IMG/VR virus record: IMGVR_UViG_3300013815_000001
Origin: an uncultured virus (IMG/VR IMGVR_UViG_3300013815_000001)
Taxonomy: Duplodnaviria > Heunggongvirae > Uroviricota > Caudoviricetes
Length of the DNA stretch: 64,000 bases
Direction: 5' to 3' (one strand)
In this document: piece after piece, positions 18,315 to 27,802 of the stretch
Layout of the letters: each line of letters opens with the position of its first letter
Numbering within the stretch: the first letter of the stretch is position 1
Notes under the pieces: generated by a model
Database searches by the model: none
What the model was told of the DNA's origin: nothing
The model's input: only the letters and a program-made list of their open reading frames with translations
Translations under genes and position numbers: made by a program

Positions 18315-18476
18315 GTGTCTTTAATATGTAGTGATTCAGCTACTTCGAGCTTTCAGATTCTGCTGGTACATACCGATTGCCTGATCAACTATCGCTATCG
18401 GATAAGTGTCGTTATTTGTAATTCTGGAATTGCTTCTGGCGGCCCGTTACGACACAAAAGCGACACAGCCCCTTCC

Positions 18477-18770
18477 CTAATTAGCTCGTACAGACGGCAC
18501 ATCTGCAAGCGCGTCGTGTAACACGGCGACAGCATCTCGTGCTTCATCTGCCACTACTGCTGGATAACCAGCTCCGCAAGATAGAGTATTATCCGGCCCT
18601 GCTGGTTAAGTTCGTTTATCAGCAACATCAGCGCCTTGCTGTTCGGTCGCAGTGCGTCCTTGTCAACAGGTTCAGCTGCGCCATGCGCTGGCTGACAAAC
18701 TTACTCAACACAACGCCCGCCTTCTGGTGCTGATTCCCGTCGCGCCATGCGGCATCCAGACGTCGTGTCG
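18477..18770 (-). pseudogene. degenerate umuC 3' fragment
   Basis: Colinear with the intact umuC end at 22451-22750 (shared GCGTCGTGTAACACGGCGA, GCTTCATCTGCCAC, AACAGGTTCAG) but with stops and indels. Confidence 0.85.
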
Positions 18771-18841
18771 TTCCTGATCGTGCGGAAATCAGAGACATTT
18801 GTATAGTGTAATTGACCTGCCCCCAGTATTAGATACAACCG

Positions 18842-19666
18842 TCAGTTAGTAATGTCGGTTTGTTTATCTTCATATTTTTCATTTCGCCACCGTGCTGCAA
18901 ACTCTGATGGCGTCTGATAATTCAGTGCCGAATGTGGACGACACTCGTTATAATCCTGCCGCCAGTCATTAATGATTTTCCTGGCGTGAACGATATCGCT
19001 GAACCAGTGCTCATTCAGACATTCATCGCGAAATCGTCCGTTAAAGCTCTCAATAAATCCGTTCTGCGTTGGCTTGCCCGGCTGGATTAAGCGCAACTCA
19101 ACACCATGCTCAAAGGCCCATTGATCCAGTACGCGGCAGGTAAACTCCGGCCCCTGGTCAGTTCTTATTGTCGCCGGATAGCCTCGAAACAGTGCAATGC
19201 TGTCCAGTATACGCGTGACCTGAACGCCTGAAATCCCGAATGCTGTGGTAATTGTCAGGCACTCCTTCGTGAAGTCGTCCACACAGGTCAGGCACTTTAT
19301 CCTGCGACCGGTGGCCAGTGCGTCCATGACGAAATCCATCGACCAGGTCAGGTTGGGCGCTTCCGGGCGGAGCAGCGGCAGACGTTCCGTTGCCAGTCCT
19401 TTACGACGTCGTCTGCGTTTTACGCCCAGCCCGCTGAGATGATAAAGACGGTACACGCGCTTGTGATTAACCTGAAGGCCTTCACGGCGCAGTAATTGCC
19501 AGATGCGGCGGTAGCCAAAACGCCTGCGCTCCAGTGCCAGCTCAATAATGCGCTCTGATAAATGCGCATCAACCGCCGGACGCTGAGCCTCGTAGCGGCA
19601 GGTCGACAGAGACAAACCTGTAAGCCTGCAGGCTCGACGTTGCGACAGACCGGTTGCATCACACAT
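18842..19666 (-). CDS. IS3 transposase OrfB (DDE integrase core)
   Basis: [33 protein letters not shown]; fused to OrfA by -1 frameshift. Confidence 0.93.
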   Translation of the reverse strand: MCDATGLSQRRACRLTGLSLSTCRYEAQRPAVDAHLSERIIELALERRRFGYRRIWQLLRREGLQVNHKRVYRLYHLSGLGVKRRRRRKGLATERLPLLRPEAPNLTWSMDFVMDALATGRRIKCLTCVDDFTKECLTITTAFGISGVQVTRILDSIALFRGYPATIRTDQGPEFTCRVLDQWAFEHGVELRLIQPGKPTQNGFIESFNGRFRDECLNEHWFSDIVHARKIINDWRQDYNECRPHSALNYQTPSEFAARWRNEKYEDKQTDITN

Positions 19667-19698
19667 AAACTCAACGGCTTCCCGCTTCTGGCCTGTCG

Positions 19699-19962
19699 TC
19701 AGTACTTTCGCCCCAGAGCCACCTGAAGCGCCTCCTTATCCAGCATGGCTTCGGCAAGCAGCTTCTTGAGTCTGGCGTTCTCTTCCTCAAGCGACTTCAG
19801 GCGCTTAACCTCGGGCACCTCCATACCGCCATACTTCTTGCGCCAGGTGTAAAAGGTGGCGTCGGAAATGGCGTGCTTACGGCAGAGCTCACGGGCAGAA
19901 ACCCCGGCTTCAGCCTCGCGGAGGATACTGATGATCTGTTCGTCGGAAAAACGCTTCTTCAT
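19699..19962 (-). CDS. IS3 transposase OrfA (HTH-leucine zipper)
   Basis: [20 protein letters not shown]...[20 protein letters not shown] shift site at 19705-19710. Confidence 0.93.
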   Translation of the reverse strand: MKKRFSDEQIISILREAEAGVSARELCRKHAISDATFYTWRKKYGGMEVPEVKRLKSLEEENARLKKLLAEAMLDKEALQVALGRKY

Positions 19963-20037
19963 GGGGATGTCCTCATGTGGCTTATGAAGACATTACTAAC
20001 ATCGCGGTGTATTAATCAACGGGGAGCAGGTCATAAT

Positions 20038-20067
20038 AACATCTGCTCTGTGCCAAAAACGGACGTT
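20038..20067 (+). repeat. degenerate palindrome, inverted partner of 22389-22418
   Basis: AACATCTGCTCTGTGCCAAAAACGGACGTT, 22/30 identical to the reverse complement of 22389-22418. Confidence 0.6.
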
Positions 20068-20177
20068 GCTAATATCGAACCATGATAACGTATTGGGATC
20101 ACGTCAACGTAACAGGTCATAGTATGAGAAGAAGCCCTCTCAAGGAGGGCTGTTATAAGATATAAATTGTTTTTATC

Positions 20178-22259
20178 TCACGCAGTGTGCTTTATCGCAC
20201 GCGCTACATATTGAAGTGTCTCATCAGAATAGTTTTTGGTATTTACCTGTAAGAATGATGCACCTGCAACACTTCCTAGAAGGTTTGGTTCAAGGTAATA
20301 CATGTGATTTTCAGGACTTATCACTCCGTCTTTAACAAGCTGAGACAAAAGCATTCGTCCGTCCTCGCCTCGTAACATACGAGCATGATTAACTTTATCT
20401 TGAAGCCTTGCCAAGCGGCCTTTACTGTGAGACCTAAACGCCATAACGATTCGCCGAAACACTCTTAACGCATCAGTAACCCGATCGTCGGAATTAGAAT
20501 TTACAAGCTTGTTTGAAAACGCAGACCATGGAAAACCCTCTGATGATGGCCAGTTCACATAAAGCTCAGATCCAGGGCGGACCAAAGGGGGATTAATAGT
20601 TTGATTACTTTCGAATCGGTTTGCTTCAAGAATAACGCTTGTGTTTCCCTCATCTTTTTTGACTGACTTAACAATTAACTTTTCGCTGTTTATGCGAAGG
20701 CAGTCACAAGAAATACTAATAGGTGAGAAAAGCTCAAGCTGTTCGCCAGAAACGAACTCAACATCAGAAGATTCCGTATTGATGAAAACGTTGCCTACTT
20801 TAGTTCCGAGAACTATTGAGCTATATCCATCGGATGTAAACTCAATCTCTTTTGGTTCTTCATCATTCGAATTAGAGATAATAAATTCAACGTGAAGCCT
20901 CATATCTTCATCATCATTAACTATCAAGGTAGCACTGTCATTAATTTTTAGCTTAGATAGAGCAGAGTCGAAAAGAATTCCTATGAAGGAACTATTAATT
21001 TCTAAATCACCATGCTGCACCCTAGACTCAACGAAAAAGTCAAATAGGAATGGGTTAGGCGTTGAAACGCCTAATAGGCAATAGTTCTTTGCAGCATTAG
21101 AAATACTTTTATTTTCACTCCTCAATGCATAGGACAATATGCATGCTTCAAAGACAGAGCTAGCAACCTTTCTTCCCGTCCCGTCTAAGAATGGATGTTG
21201 AGGCAACATACTTTCAACAGCATCATTATACAAAGCAATTAAATCACCACTTAGCATACTCATACTATTTATCGGCGGGATGTTAAATAATCTACATGCA
21301 AGTCGACTAAGTTGCTCATCGATTGAATAAAGATCTTCTTTTATTGAGTCAAATTTTTCAGATAACTGCTGAGTCAGCTTGTACTGCTCTCGCGACAAAA
21401 CAGCTTTGCATATACTCAACAACATTTCACCGCTCAAAATATCTTTCATTTCCTCAAGAATTCTAGATGGATTTTTGATGGTGCCAATAACTTTTGATAC
21501 GGCTTCCAAAACCGGTGCATACCCGAAGAATCTAGTGGATTCAGCGCCCGATATCTCCTTCAATTCGTCAACTACACCACGGATTGAGCTTTTATATACT
21601 TGTGAATGTATGCTAAGAGAAGATGATAAGTGTCTATATTCTTGTCTTTGACTTTCAGATAATCTCAGAAGATTTTTTTCGATGAAGTCAGTAGCTTCAG
21701 ACTCATTAAAAAATTCAATATCGAAAACAGGGCAATTAATATTATGAATCTCACTTAAAATTAGCCAAGCCTCCTCAATAATACCCACTCGGCCAAATAT
21801 AATTATTGGGTTCTTATTTCTCTTTGAAACTTTACTGACGTCGAGCAAAAAGTCTTCAAATGAATCTTGGGTTACTCTTAGCCTAGCCTCATCTAAAGAG
21901 TCAATTATTAAACCAACCGATCCGGAATTCCATGCTGGTAAAATATCTTTGTTTGCCAACCCGCCAATAACATAATTACCAGCAATACTTGAAGCCTTTG
22001 ATAAATCCAAATATATACTACCAGTTTTATTACTTAGTTCCCTCGCCAGCACTGACTTACCAACAGCCCCGGGGGCGCTTATAAGAATCACTCTCGCGCC
22101 ATCAATATCCCCAGTCAGGTTTTCATTCAACGAAAGTCTGGCTGGAACGTAGTCCGTAGTTAAATCTTGAGAGAAAAACCAACCATCACCATCTTCATTA
22201 TCACTTACTACATGAACGCCACTTAAAAGGGCCGATATGTCGTCTATTTTGTATTCCAT
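20178..22259 (-). CDS. STAND/NACHT-like P-loop NTPase, 693 aa (candidate defence protein)
   Basis: VILISAPGAVGKS Walker A, LIIDSLDEA Walker B, FFGYAPVL (GxP-like); AT-rich single gene with GGAG RBS. Confidence 0.8.
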   Translation of the reverse strand: MEYKIDDISALLSGVHVVSDNEDGDGWFFSQDLTTDYVPARLSLNENLTGDIDGARVILISAPGAVGKSVLARELSNKTGSIYLDLSKASSIAGNYVIGGLANKDILPAWNSGSVGLIIDSLDEARLRVTQDSFEDFLLDVSKVSKRNKNPIIIFGRVGIIEEAWLILSEIHNINCPVFDIEFFNESEATDFIEKNLLRLSESQRQEYRHLSSSLSIHSQVYKSSIRGVVDELKEISGAESTRFFGYAPVLEAVSKVIGTIKNPSRILEEMKDILSGEMLLSICKAVLSREQYKLTQQLSEKFDSIKEDLYSIDEQLSRLACRLFNIPPINSMSMLSGDLIALYNDAVESMLPQHPFLDGTGRKVASSVFEACILSYALRSENKSISNAAKNYCLLGVSTPNPFLFDFFVESRVQHGDLEINSSFIGILFDSALSKLKINDSATLIVNDDEDMRLHVEFIISNSNDEEPKEIEFTSDGYSSIVLGTKVGNVFINTESSDVEFVSGEQLELFSPISISCDCLRINSEKLIVKSVKKDEGNTSVILEANRFESNQTINPPLVRPGSELYVNWPSSEGFPWSAFSNKLVNSNSDDRVTDALRVFRRIVMAFRSHSKGRLARLQDKVNHARMLRGEDGRMLLSQLVKDGVISPENHMYYLEPNLLGSVAGASFLQVNTKNYSDETLQYVARAIKHTA

Positions 22260-22388
22260 ATTATTTCTTACTCCTATAATAAGTTGATAGGGATGTGCTT
22301 AGTTCAATCCGAGGTTTACGGTTCTGACCTGTACCACAACGATCTATCATAGGTTAGTCCTACAACCTAACGATAATGAAAAAATGAG

Positions 22389-22418
22389 AATGTCCGCTTT
22401 TCGCTCAAAGCGGACATT
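22389..22418. repeat. perfect 12-bp palindrome with 6-nt loop
   Basis: AATGTCCGCTTT-TCGCTC-AAAGCGGACATT. Confidence 0.85.
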
Positions 22419-22450
22419 ATCTTTCATATAATGCTTGAACACTATTCCTT

Positions 22451-23716
22451 TTACCATGCCCGCACGGTCGGTACATCAGCGAGTCGCGTCGTGTAACACG
22501 GCGAAAGCATCTCCCGCTTCATCTGCCACGACTGCTGGATACCCTGCCCCGCAAAATACAGGGTTCCCCGGCACTGCTGGTTCAGTTTGTCCATCAGTGA
22601 CATCAGTGCCAAGCTGTTCGCGCGCGGCGCGTTCTCGTCAAACAGGTTCAGTTGCGCCACGCCCTGGCTGAAAAAGTCACCCAGCATAACGCCTGCTTTC
22701 TGGTACCGGTGGCCGTCGCGCCAGACCGCATCGAGGCAACCCGTCGCCGCGGCGATAATGTCGCGCGTGTCCTGTGTGGGCGTCAGCAGTTTGGTCCCGG
22801 CGTGGTTGCCGTAATACGGCTCAGCAGAGAACGGCGACGTTTTCACGAACACTGAAATGTACCGGCAGAACTGATGTTCGCCGCGGAGCTTTTCCGCCGC
22901 GCGCGCCGCATAGCTGCAGATAGCCTGGCGCATCGCTTCATAGTCGGTGATTCGCTCCCCGAATGACCGGCTGCAGACGATTTCCTGTTTCGCCGGGGCA
23001 AACTCCTCGATCTCCAGACAGGGCTCGCCGCGCAGTTCGCGCACGGTGCGCTCCAGCACGACGTTAAAGTGTTTGCGGATAAAGCGGATATCGGTATCAC
23101 AGAGCTGCAAAGCATTTTTAATACCCATTGCCTCCAACTTTCTGGCGATACGCCGACCGACGCCCCAGACCTCCTCCACCGGCATCAGCGCCATCAGCCG
23201 CCGCTGGCGCGCCTGGTTCGACAGATCCACCACCCCGCCCGTCTGCGGCCACTCCTTCGCCGCGCGATTGGCGAGCTTCGCCAGCGTCTTCGTCTGGGCG
23301 ATACCGACACCACAATGGATCCGGGTGTTACGCCGGACGGTGTCGCGTATCTCCCGGCCAAAATCAGCCAGGTCGCGGCAGTTCCGCACGCCCGTCAGGT
23401 CGCAGAACGCCTCATCAATGCTGTAGACCTCAACGCGCGGACACATTTCCTCAAGCGTGGTCATCACCCGCTGGCTCATGTCACCGTAAAGCTCATAGTT
23501 GCTGGAAAAGGCAATGATCCGCTGCGGAAACTGCATCTCGCGCAGCTGGAACCAGGGCATGCCCATTTTTATGCCAAGCGCTTTTGCTTCGCGGCTGCGC
23601 GCTATCACACAGCCGTCGTTATTCGAGAGCGCCACAATGGGCTGACCGGCCAGATCCGGACGGAATGCCGTCTCGCAACTCGTGTAGAACGAGTTCATAT
23701 CAACCAGCGCGAACAT
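22451..23716 (-). CDS. umuC: Y-family DNA polymerase V subunit UmuC
   Basis: MFALVDMNSFYTSCE, LSNNDGC, YSIDEAF, WQMKREMLSPCYTT. Confidence 0.96.
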   Translation of the reverse strand: MFALVDMNSFYTSCETAFRPDLAGQPIVALSNNDGCVIARSREAKALGIKMGMPWFQLREMQFPQRIIAFSSNYELYGDMSQRVMTTLEEMCPRVEVYSIDEAFCDLTGVRNCRDLADFGREIRDTVRRNTRIHCGVGIAQTKTLAKLANRAAKEWPQTGGVVDLSNQARQRRLMALMPVEEVWGVGRRIARKLEAMGIKNALQLCDTDIRFIRKHFNVVLERTVRELRGEPCLEIEEFAPAKQEIVCSRSFGERITDYEAMRQAICSYAARAAEKLRGEHQFCRYISVFVKTSPFSAEPYYGNHAGTKLLTPTQDTRDIIAAATGCLDAVWRDGHRYQKAGVMLGDFFSQGVAQLNLFDENAPRANSLALMSLMDKLNQQCRGTLYFAGQGIQQSWQMKREMLSPCYTTRLADVPTVRAW

Positions 23717-24137
23717 TGCGGTGCAGGGTATTGATCACGCAAATGACAACGCCGACGATTTCGAGGTCGTCGGCGTCATAAACAGCTATAGGCGGGTAAG
23801 CCGGGTTCTCGGCGCGCAGCTGCGCCACCGGGTACGTCACCAGCCTTTTCACGGTGAACTCCCCGCCGATATTGGCGACGACGATATCGTTGTGCTTCGC
23901 GTGAACGCTGAAGTCCACCAGCAGAAGGGAGCCATCGAGAATACCAGCGTCGCGCATCGAGTCTCCTGCGACCCGCAGAACATAGGTGGATGAGGGGTGT
24001 GCAATAAGGTGGGAAATAAGATCAATACCGCTGTCGATATAATCAGCGGCAGGGCTCGGGAAACCAGCAGAAATCAGGTCTGCATAGAATGGGATGCTGA
24101 CCGACTTAACCGGCAAGACGAGGGGGTGTATTTTCAT
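23700..24137 (-). CDS. umuD: UmuD (S24 autopeptidase)
   Basis: ISAGFPSPAADY, GDSM, FTVKRL. Confidence 0.95.
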   Translation of the reverse strand: MKIHPLVLPVKSVSIPFYADLISAGFPSPAADYIDSGIDLISHLIAHPSSTYVLRVAGDSMRDAGILDGSLLLVDFSVHAKHNDIVVANIGGEFTVKRLVTYPVAQLRAENPAYPPIAVYDADDLEIVGVVICVINTLHRNVRAG

Positions 24138-24159
24138 TATGTACCTCCTGTAAAAATTA

Positions 24160-24175
24160 CTGTGTATTTATACAG
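24160..24175. promoter_or_regulatory. LexA SOS box of umuDC
   Basis: TA-CTGTGTATTTATACAG-TA just upstream of umuD. Confidence 0.9.
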
Positions 24176-24273
24176 TAGTTTCAGGAGGTAACGAAATCAA
24201 GACGAAGCGGCCTATTAATCGTAACGGCAGAGCAGTTTTAACAGCTGCTCTGCCAGGACAATGCGCCAGCTTA

Positions 24274-24501
24274 TTATTCGCCGCTTACGGTGACCGGGGG
24301 CACCGGCCAGACAGCTTTTTCGGGAAAACCTTCTTGTTGTGGAACCTCACGTAATGCCTTCCGGTAAGCGCCCCATGCTTCTTTGTCGGTCGGCGCGTCA
24401 GGCATCATTGCCCAGTCAGAAGCGGCAATAAGTCGATCGCGCTCGGCGCGCACTTCTGCGGCCCTGATGGCCTCTAACTTCTCCTGATTAATTTTAATCA
24501 T
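24274..24501 (-). CDS. tail fibre assembly chaperone-like protein
   Basis: MIKINQEK...VRAERDRLIAASDW..PDAP...WGAYRKALREVPQQEGFP..VWP; start moved to ATG 24501. Confidence 0.8.
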   Translation of the reverse strand: MIKINQEKLEAIRAAEVRAERDRLIAASDWAMMPDAPTDKEAWGAYRKALREVPQQEGFPEKAVWPVPPVTVSGE

Positions 24502-24736
24502 CGCGGGCAGCCTCATAGGTTCCACCATACCCGTCCGGCGCAGGCATAGTGCTTTCGTTAATTTCCCACGCCTCCTGCGGAATATCGTCAGGCACCTCGG
24601 TAGAATCAACGATCCAGAATGGGACGCCGTCGGGAACATCTTTCTGCCCGATTTCCAGAATGGTCAGGCCGCATGGGAGATAAGGGATCATGAGCGACAC
24701 ACCAGACTCTGATTTATAGATAATGCGCTTTTCCAT
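24494..24736 (-). CDS. small tail-fibre-associated protein
   Basis: 80 aa, EIGQKDVPDGVPFWIVD; coupled to fibre and chaperone genes. Confidence 0.7.
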   Translation of the reverse strand: MEKRIIYKSESGVSLMIPYLPCGLTILEIGQKDVPDGVPFWIVDSTEVPDDIPQEAWEINESTMPAPDGYGGTYEAARDD

Positions 24737-24738
24737 AA

Positions 24739-26784
24739 CTATTTCCTGTGAACCGTAACCATCACGGAGGCGTCAATCCGGCCTGTGTTATTCCTTGTCG
24801 CAACAGCAAAAGAGGTTTTGCTGATTGAATAAACGCTGCCGCTGATCGCGTTAACATCATTAGAGCCCTGAATTGCCGTCACCATAATGGACTGATTGAT
24901 TTCATCTGCCGGTGGGTTCTGATAAACGAGCCGGTAAGCACCTGCCGCCTCCTTAGTGACAGAGGAAATGTTAAAAGCCGCGACTATCATGTCACCACTG
25001 AAACGACACCATGCCACAGCGCCCTGGGGCGAATTGGTGGCAAGCAGCTCAACGTCAACATCTGAGGCCGGAATACTGTATACCCTGGTTGTGGCCCCGT
25101 CGTTTACGGTGATGGCAGAGAAAGGCCTCGCCCCAACCCGCTGTAGCGCGACCAGCGAGGCGGACGATTTAACCTGGCCCGCAACCTTCATCGTTGACTT
25201 AACATCACCACCACGCATCAGCACGCCGCTGCCCGGCTGCGTTGCGTATGAGTTAACCACGTCGAAGGACGTGCCTGCCGCCTGAAATGCGCCTGACGCG
25301 CGGATAATCCAGATCCCAAAAACCTCGTTCGGGTGGATCTCACCGCTTCCGTCACGGCCATAATTTGCGCTTTGAGTGCTGGCATCAAGAACGTAACGTT
25401 CATATCGGGTGGAACTGGTGGTGGTACCGTCAAGCTGGAAGACGTTATTCCCGCCGTTGGTCCAGCTGACAAACCCGTTTTTACCGCTGGTTGACTGATC
25501 GTAGTTGTAGGCGAACAACTGGCCGGAAATGTTAGGTGCGCTGTCCTGTAAAATTCGCCCGACCACGTCACCGGACGCAGCGCCGCGAAGGAACGGCGAT
25601 TTGATACTGCCGTCCTGGATGCCATTGAGATCCGGTACGCGGAACGTTGTCGTTCCGTTTCCCGGCGAGTACATGCCACGGTTCATGGCCGGTGCGCCAG
25701 CGTTGCTGGACGTCAGCCAGACCGCATCCGTCTGCGTCGCCGTCAGAATACCGGCGTTTACAGCCGCCCATAAATCGGCGGTTTTTGCATCGGTACGGCT
25801 CTCAAGCTGGCCGTCTGCCGCGATATAACCGGCAGGCAGCGCCGCCCGCGAGCCGTTGAACCACTGAACTGCGCCGATGAAGTCATTCATCACGCCGTTC
25901 ATGCTTGCCCCACCGCCCCCACCAGACGACGCTTTGAGCTGACGCAGGGTGACCGCATCATAATCAGATACCGCTTCCGCAGGCAGCGGCAACGGCTTAC
26001 CGTTAAGAAGGTTTTGCAGGGATGCCGCCCTGTCTGTGACGTCGGACAGGTTCGCGTCTTTTGTAAGGACTTTTTCGGCGTCAAATTTATCGGCAAGCGA
26101 CTGCGCACGATCGGCCTGAGCGAGTGCGTCAGTAGCGGCCTGGCTGGCAGTGCTCACGGCCTGCGCCGCCGTGCTGGCGCTGGCTGCGGCATCGCTGGCT
26201 CCTCTGCTGGCAACGGCCATAGCATCCTCTGCCGCCTTTTTAGCCGCGGCGGCATTATCGGCGGAAGCCTTCGCCCCGCTCCTGGCCGTCTCGGCAGCCT
26301 GCCGGTCCGCGCTGACGCTGGCCTGCGCCTGCTTAATATCCTCCACGATTTTCTGAAGACTGCCAGGATCGAGGTCCTCGAGCAGGCTCACCAGTGACGG
26401 CCAGCTCGGCCCTTTAAACTGGCTGCCGTCAGGCAGCGTAACGGTGATATTTTCACCTGCGGAAAAAACCTGCTGCCAGTTGGCTTTGTCGAGGTTGAGC
26501 CCGCGTAAGGCTTCGGTAACCTGATTCACCACTTCCATCGTTACCTGGCTCATGGTACCGCGCGGCACCGCTGACCATGCCAGCCCCGCCGCATCGGGCC
26601 CAGTATACGTTCTGGTGAGCGTCAGCGCCGTGTCGCTGCTGACCGTTTTAACGGCCAGCGTGTAGACAACCTGACCCGCCGTGAAGACGACGTAATCCCC
26701 CGCGACCAGTTCGCTGGTAAATGTGGTGCCGTCGCCGTTGATGGTCGTTGCGCCGTTTTTGATGCTGATCGTGCCTTTAGCCAT
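24739..26784 (-). CDS. side tail fibre protein
   Basis: N-terminal anchor, Ala-rich coiled coil, collar motif GAVQWF..P.GYIAADGQ...TTFRVPDLNG..FLRG. Confidence 0.88.
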   Translation of the reverse strand: MAKGTISIKNGATTINGDGTTFTSELVAGDYVVFTAGQVVYTLAVKTVSSDTALTLTRTYTGPDAAGLAWSAVPRGTMSQVTMEVVNQVTEALRGLNLDKANWQQVFSAGENITVTLPDGSQFKGPSWPSLVSLLEDLDPGSLQKIVEDIKQAQASVSADRQAAETARSGAKASADNAAAAKKAAEDAMAVASRGASDAAASASTAAQAVSTASQAATDALAQADRAQSLADKFDAEKVLTKDANLSDVTDRAASLQNLLNGKPLPLPAEAVSDYDAVTLRQLKASSGGGGGASMNGVMNDFIGAVQWFNGSRAALPAGYIAADGQLESRTDAKTADLWAAVNAGILTATQTDAVWLTSSNAGAPAMNRGMYSPGNGTTTFRVPDLNGIQDGSIKSPFLRGAASGDVVGRILQDSAPNISGQLFAYNYDQSTSGKNGFVSWTNGGNNVFQLDGTTTSSTRYERYVLDASTQSANYGRDGSGEIHPNEVFGIWIIRASGAFQAAGTSFDVVNSYATQPGSGVLMRGGDVKSTMKVAGQVKSSASLVALQRVGARPFSAITVNDGATTRVYSIPASDVDVELLATNSPQGAVAWCRFSGDMIVAAFNISSVTKEAAGAYRLVYQNPPADEINQSIMVTAIQGSNDVNAISGSVYSISKTSFAVATRNNTGRIDASVMVTVHRK

Positions 26785-26842
26785 CAGGCCTGCTCCTTAA
26801 AATAAAAAACCCGCCGTAGCGGGTCATTCAGTCAATAAGCGG

Positions 26843-27802
26843 TCAGTACATACTGTCGAGTAACAGGATATTCATGCCGGTCGTTCTGTTTACGTCCAGC
26901 GAATAGTCAGACGTCCATACCGCAGCCACATAGCCGCGCCCCACCCGGACGGCATTACCCGCCCGGACAAGCCCCTGATATTTTGCATAACACCAGCCGC
27001 CGGAGATGTCGGTTTGCGCGCCGTAACGACCGAGCATGATGTACCGGTTCCCGATATCAGTGGCAGCCCCTGACGGCCTGTAGAAGGCATTGCTGTAGAG
27101 GAACGGGCGCTTTGTTGTGGAAAAGGTGCACTGTCCTCTGCTGTTGAAGAAGTTCAGTCCGGGCCCCGGAACCGGCGCGGTGCCGGTCGCAAAAATCACC
27201 ACGTCCATCGTTACGGTCGCGCTGACGTTCGCCCCGTTACGCTCGGCCACGGCCCGGACCACGTTACCGTCGTATTCCACCACCACCCCACTGGCGCTCC
27301 ACCTGGCAAATACGGCGTAGGACTGCCGGGTATAGCCGGTCGGGGGCGGTGACCAGGAGCCGGTAAACGTCACCCGCCCCCGATACACACACTGACCGAC
27401 CGCGGCCCCGTCCGTGATAATGGTGAAATCAGTACTGTCAGAAATATAAAGCCCGCGATTGCCCGACTGACTGGCGGGCAGGATCTGCCAGACCGTGCCG
27501 GGGTATATTTTCCCGTTGCTCATTTTGTAGTTTGACCAGACGGAGAAGGTCAGCACATTTCCGCTCTGTGATACGCCGGTTAACACGTCCATATCCGGGA
27601 TCAGGCTTGTGCTGCCGCCAAGATAAATCCCGGCGGTGACATGCGGTGCGAAGACGGCTGACGCTCCCGCCACATAGCCCGGTATCGCGTACTGATTCCC
27701 GCTGCCGCTGGCATACCCGCAATAGGACGGGCACCGCAGCCCCGCGGTGATGGTCATCGCCGGACCGCCGTCATTGAGATCGATATACAGCCCACTCGGC
27801 AT
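26843..27802 (-). CDS. tail tip accessory protein (DUF6453-like)
   Basis: MPSGLYIDLNDG start overlapping the J stop (TAATG); beta-rich. Confidence 0.75.
   Translation of the reverse strand: MPSGLYIDLNDGGPAMTITAGLRCPSYCGYASGSGNQYAIPGYVAGASAVFAPHVTAGIYLGGSTSLIPDMDVLTGVSQSGNVLTFSVWSNYKMSNGKIYPGTVWQILPASQSGNRGLYISDSTDFTIITDGAAVGQCVYRGRVTFTGSWSPPPTGYTRQSYAVFARWSASGVVVEYDGNVVRAVAERNGANVSATVTMDVVIFATGTAPVPGPGLNFFNSRGQCTFSTTKRPFLYSNAFYRPSGAATDIGNRYIMLGRYGAQTDISGGWCYAKYQGLVRAGNAVRVGRGYVAAVWTSDYSLDVNRTTGMNILLLDSMY

Larger units (their letters stand above)
18813..20033 (-). mobile_element. IS3-family (IS407 group) element, IS1222-like, 1221 bp
   Basis: Terminal IRs TGACCTGCCCCC.../TGACCTGCTCCCC..., 4-bp target duplication TAAT (18809-18812 and 20034-20037), orfA plus orfB. 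Confidence 0.93.
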
